From an uncultured archaeon (lineage in GTDB: Archaea > Thermoproteota > Nitrososphaeria_A > Caldarchaeales > Calditenuaceae), in assembly GCA_937921685.1 (NCBI GenBank), contig CAKZUF010000037.1:1-20000 (forward strand): DNA of 20,000 bases, in the 5' to 3' direction. Below, piece after piece: positions 18,010-20,000 of this stretch. Below the pieces are notes generated by a model that was given only the letters and a program-made list of their open reading frames with translations, searched no databases and was not told the origin of the DNA. Made by a program: the position numbers and the translations under genes. Positions within the stretch are counted from its first letter, which is position 1; each line of letters starts with the position of its first letter.

Positions 18010-18168
18010 CGGTTTCTAGCATCTCTTCTACTCTATTAAGCTGTTTGCGTTTTAGCGAGAAGCCAATCCTTCATAGCATATTTTGCACAGTATTGAACTA
18101 ATTGGTGGGTGATGCGTAGAATAATGACTCCCTTCCGTGTTATCCTTCCCCCGCTCCACAAATGTGTG

Positions 18169-18275
18169 TGCGGGGGGTGGGATTCGAACCCACGAACCCC
18201 TTCGGGAGCGGCTTTCTCTTCCGGTTTGGTGGGATCTTGAGGCCGCCGCCTTTGACCTGGCTCGGCAACCCCCGC
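18169..18275 (-). tRNA. tRNA-Leu(CAA) with a 22-nt intron at canonical position 37/38
   Basis: Acceptor GCGGGGG/CCCCCGC, D-arm TTGCCGAGCCAGGTCAAAGGCG, anticodon stem GCGGC/GCCGC once the intron is removed, long variable arm TCCCGAAGGGGTTC, T-arm GTGGGTTCGAATCCCAC, discriminator A. Anticodon at 18237-18239; mature length 85 nt. Confidence 0.95.
18214..18235 (-). other. archaeal tRNA intron (bulge-helix-bulge)
   Basis: Transcript CUCA-AG^A-UCC...GGA-AGAG-AA^A-GCCGC gives 3-nt bulges around a 4-position central helix (3 pairs plus an A.A mismatch) and an inner UCC/GGA helix. Intron: ATCCCACCAAACCGGAAGAGAA. Confidence 0.85.
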
Positions 18276-18329
18276 TTGCCCCCGCGTATATTGTCTTTGG
18301 ATTGGGTGGATTTATTTTTGAGGGTGTGG

Positions 18330-18632
18330 TTACTCTGTGAAGATGCCGCCGAATCCTGAGAGTGCGCGTTCGTCCTCCTCCCTTATCTTTGCGAGGACTT
18401 GGCTCAGCTCCTCTCCCTCCACGAGCCTCGCCTTCTCCCTGAGCAGCTCGTCCACCCTCTTCAGCTGCTCATCAGTCCCGACTATCCTGATGTAGTAGCC
18501 CTCGCGGCCGAGGAGGAGTTTGGCATCCTTCAGGACGATGTTTGCTCTGGAGGCGATGTCGTCGGTGAGAAGTATTCTCTCGAGGTCTTGGGCACCGGTG
18601 GTGACGTGGTAGACTCTCTGGTTGGCTTCCAC
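18330..18632 (-). CDS. conserved-looking hypothetical protein, 100 aa
   Basis: Coherent charged/hydrophobic sequence with GTG start; TATA-like AT element (TTTAATAG) about 27-30 nt upstream. Confidence 0.65.
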   Translation of the reverse strand: MEANQRVYHVTTGAQDLERILLTDDIASRANIVLKDAKLLLGREGYYIRIVGTDEQLKRVDELLREKARLVEGEELSQVLAKIREEDERALSGFGGIFTE

Positions 18633-18714
18633 GCCCCCTAGTCGTGGACAGTATCTATTAAATCGTTGTGTAGCTTTATCTGCTCGGGCGCCTCCTCGAG
18701 GGTCGTAATCTGGC

Positions 18715-19392
18715 TTGGGCGGTACCTGCGGCTTCGACTGGGTTGTCGCTCATCCCTCAGGCCTCTTTGAGGCGTTGGGGCTTGAGGAGGGGGTTCACTA
18801 CGAGGTGGTGGTGACGACTTTCAGCGAGGATGGCTCTCCACATGCCGCGGCGATGGGGTGTAGGGTCGTCTCTCAGCCTCTAGCGGTCCTGCTGAAGCCT
18901 CACATCGAGTCTCAGACGGCGCGGAACCTTTTGAAGACGGGTCGTGGCGCGGTGAATGTTGCGGCTCCTGAGTATATTGTTGAGGCTGCGCTCGACCTAG
19001 GTGTTGTCTCTATGAGTTTTGGTGTGGGGGAGGTGGTGGGCGCTCCGATTCTATGCGAGGCGTTAGCAGTCTCCGAGTTCTTGGTTGACGAGGCTGTGCG
19101 CGATGATGTCTGGCTTCGAGTCCGCTGCTCCCCTGTGTCCCTTAGGTATAGACAGGCTCCTGCGAGGCCCTATTCCCGCTCCGCAGCCCTTCTCGTAGAG
19201 GCGGCCGTGAGGCTCTCCAGGGTTGAGCCCTTCCTCAGCATTAATAGGCGTGAAGAGGCTCTTCGACTGCTGTCAGAGGCCCGGGCCCTCGTTGAAGACT
19301 CTGCCAGGCTTGCTGGCGGGGGCAGGCTGGGGCTGCTGGTCAGCGCTGTCAGGGAGAGGCTCTACTCTTTGGAGAGGAGAATACCTCCCTAG
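18715..19392 (+). CDS. DUF447 family (FMN-binding split-barrel-like) protein
   Basis: YEVVVTTFSEDGSPHAAAMGCRVV...AVLLKPHIESQTARNLLKTGRGAVNV, and SRSAALLVEAAVRLSRVEPF in the C-terminal half. Exact start uncertain. Confidence 0.8.
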   Translation: MGGTCGFDWVVAHPSGLFEALGLEEGVHYEVVVTTFSEDGSPHAAAMGCRVVSQPLAVLLKPHIESQTARNLLKTGRGAVNVAAPEYIVEAALDLGVVSMSFGVGEVVGAPILCEALAVSEFLVDEAVRDDVWLRVRCSPVSLRYRQAPARPYSRSAALLVEAAVRLSRVEPFLSINRREEALRLLSEARALVEDSARLAGGGRLGLLVSAVRERLYSLERRIPP

Positions 19393-19930
19393 CTATGAGG
19401 AGTATGTTGATGAGGATTATTGTGATCCAGATTATCTGGCCGAGTGGTGGATATAGCTCGCCCCTAAGTATGAGGGCCAGGTAGCCCACTCCTGTCCAAG
19501 ACGGTATCTTGACGCCGGTCCACTTCCCCACGATCAGGCTGTAGGGGACTGGTGAGAAGAAATCTGGGTAAGCGTTGGCGTCACCCTTCGTGATTACGCC
19601 GTACTCTGTCTTCCCAATCGCCCTGTGAACTATCCTCACACTACCCCCCGGCTGCCAGAAGACTATAACATCTCCGTGGACCGGGTCCGCGACTATCTCA
19701 TCCGGCTTCACACCTTGGATCAGGAGGATGTCTCCCACCTCTATTGTGGGGCGCATGCTCCCAGTCGGGACTACGACTAATGGTGTATCGGTCCTCATCA
19801 CAGCCCCCAGAAGAAAGTAGCCTAGAAGCGCGAGCCCCACAGCGAGGATGACCGGTATGAGCGACTTGGCTAGCCTTCGGCCTCGGCCTAGACGTTCTTT
19901 CTCAATCTTTCCCGGCTCCTCCGAACCCAT
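19349..19930 (-). CDS. signal peptidase I, archaeal/ER-like S26B type
   Basis: VVPTGSMRPTIEVGDILLIQG (catalytic Ser), GDVIVFWQPGGSVRIVHRAIG (His in place of Lys), TKGDANAYPD, flanked by N- and C-terminal transmembrane segments. Confidence 0.93.
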   Translation of the reverse strand: MGSEEPGKIEKERLGRGRRLAKSLIPVILAVGLALLGYFLLGAVMRTDTPLVVVPTGSMRPTIEVGDILLIQGVKPDEIVADPVHGDVIVFWQPGGSVRIVHRAIGKTEYGVITKGDANAYPDFFSPVPYSLIVGKWTGVKIPSWTGVGYLALILRGELYPPLGQIIWITIILINILLIAREVFSSPKSRASP

Positions 19931-20000
19931 TCCGATGCTCCTCTCCTCTCTCGGGGCTGTGTGCTGGGCTGTCTCGCCCTAGACTTTATCCTGAACGAGT

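Noticed and set aside
18148-18285. GCGGGGG copies as insertion-site direct repeats of a tRNA-targeting mobile element
   Set aside because: No integrase or element cargo nearby, and the repeats are only 7 nt of G-rich sequence in a GC-rich context.
1-20000. CRISPR arrays, transposons, toxin-antitoxin or phage modules
   Set aside because: No regularly spaced repeats, transposase, integrase, Cas or structural phage proteins were recognised. The PIN domain belongs to a known large ATPase family rather than a VapBC pair.

Overview
This 20 kb window looks like an ordinary, gene-dense archaeal chromosome segment, probably thermophilic Thermoproteota-like. That lineage is inferred from gatDE, a PIN-ATPase-KH protein, V4R and THUMP-SPOUT proteins, a His-type signal peptidase, a tRNA-Leu with an archaeal intron, and CTTAAATA-type promoters about 27 nt upstream of start codons. 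Supported content: an orphan ABC-exporter membrane domain, a Gfo/Idh/MocA oxidoreductase, an LLM-class oxidoreductase, a PIN/type II-IV secretion-like ATPase, a V4R protein, an IscU/SufU-like scaffold, SfsA, 5S rRNA, a PfkB kinase, a COG1743-like Zn-ribbon DNA methylase overlapping a THUMP/SPOUT RNA methylase gene, GatE and GatD, a BtuF-like binding protein, a zinc-finger membrane protein, an EamA transporter, tRNA-Leu(CAA) with a 22-nt intron, a DUF447-like protein and signal peptidase I. I found no CRISPR array, transposase, phage module or recognisable defence island. The items most worth a second look are the solitary methylase coupled to an RNA-modification gene, the apparently degenerate PIN domain, the standalone ABC membrane domain, the unusual tRNA-Leu locus, and the single AT box between sfsA and 5S rRNA. 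I cannot claim a new biological system here.
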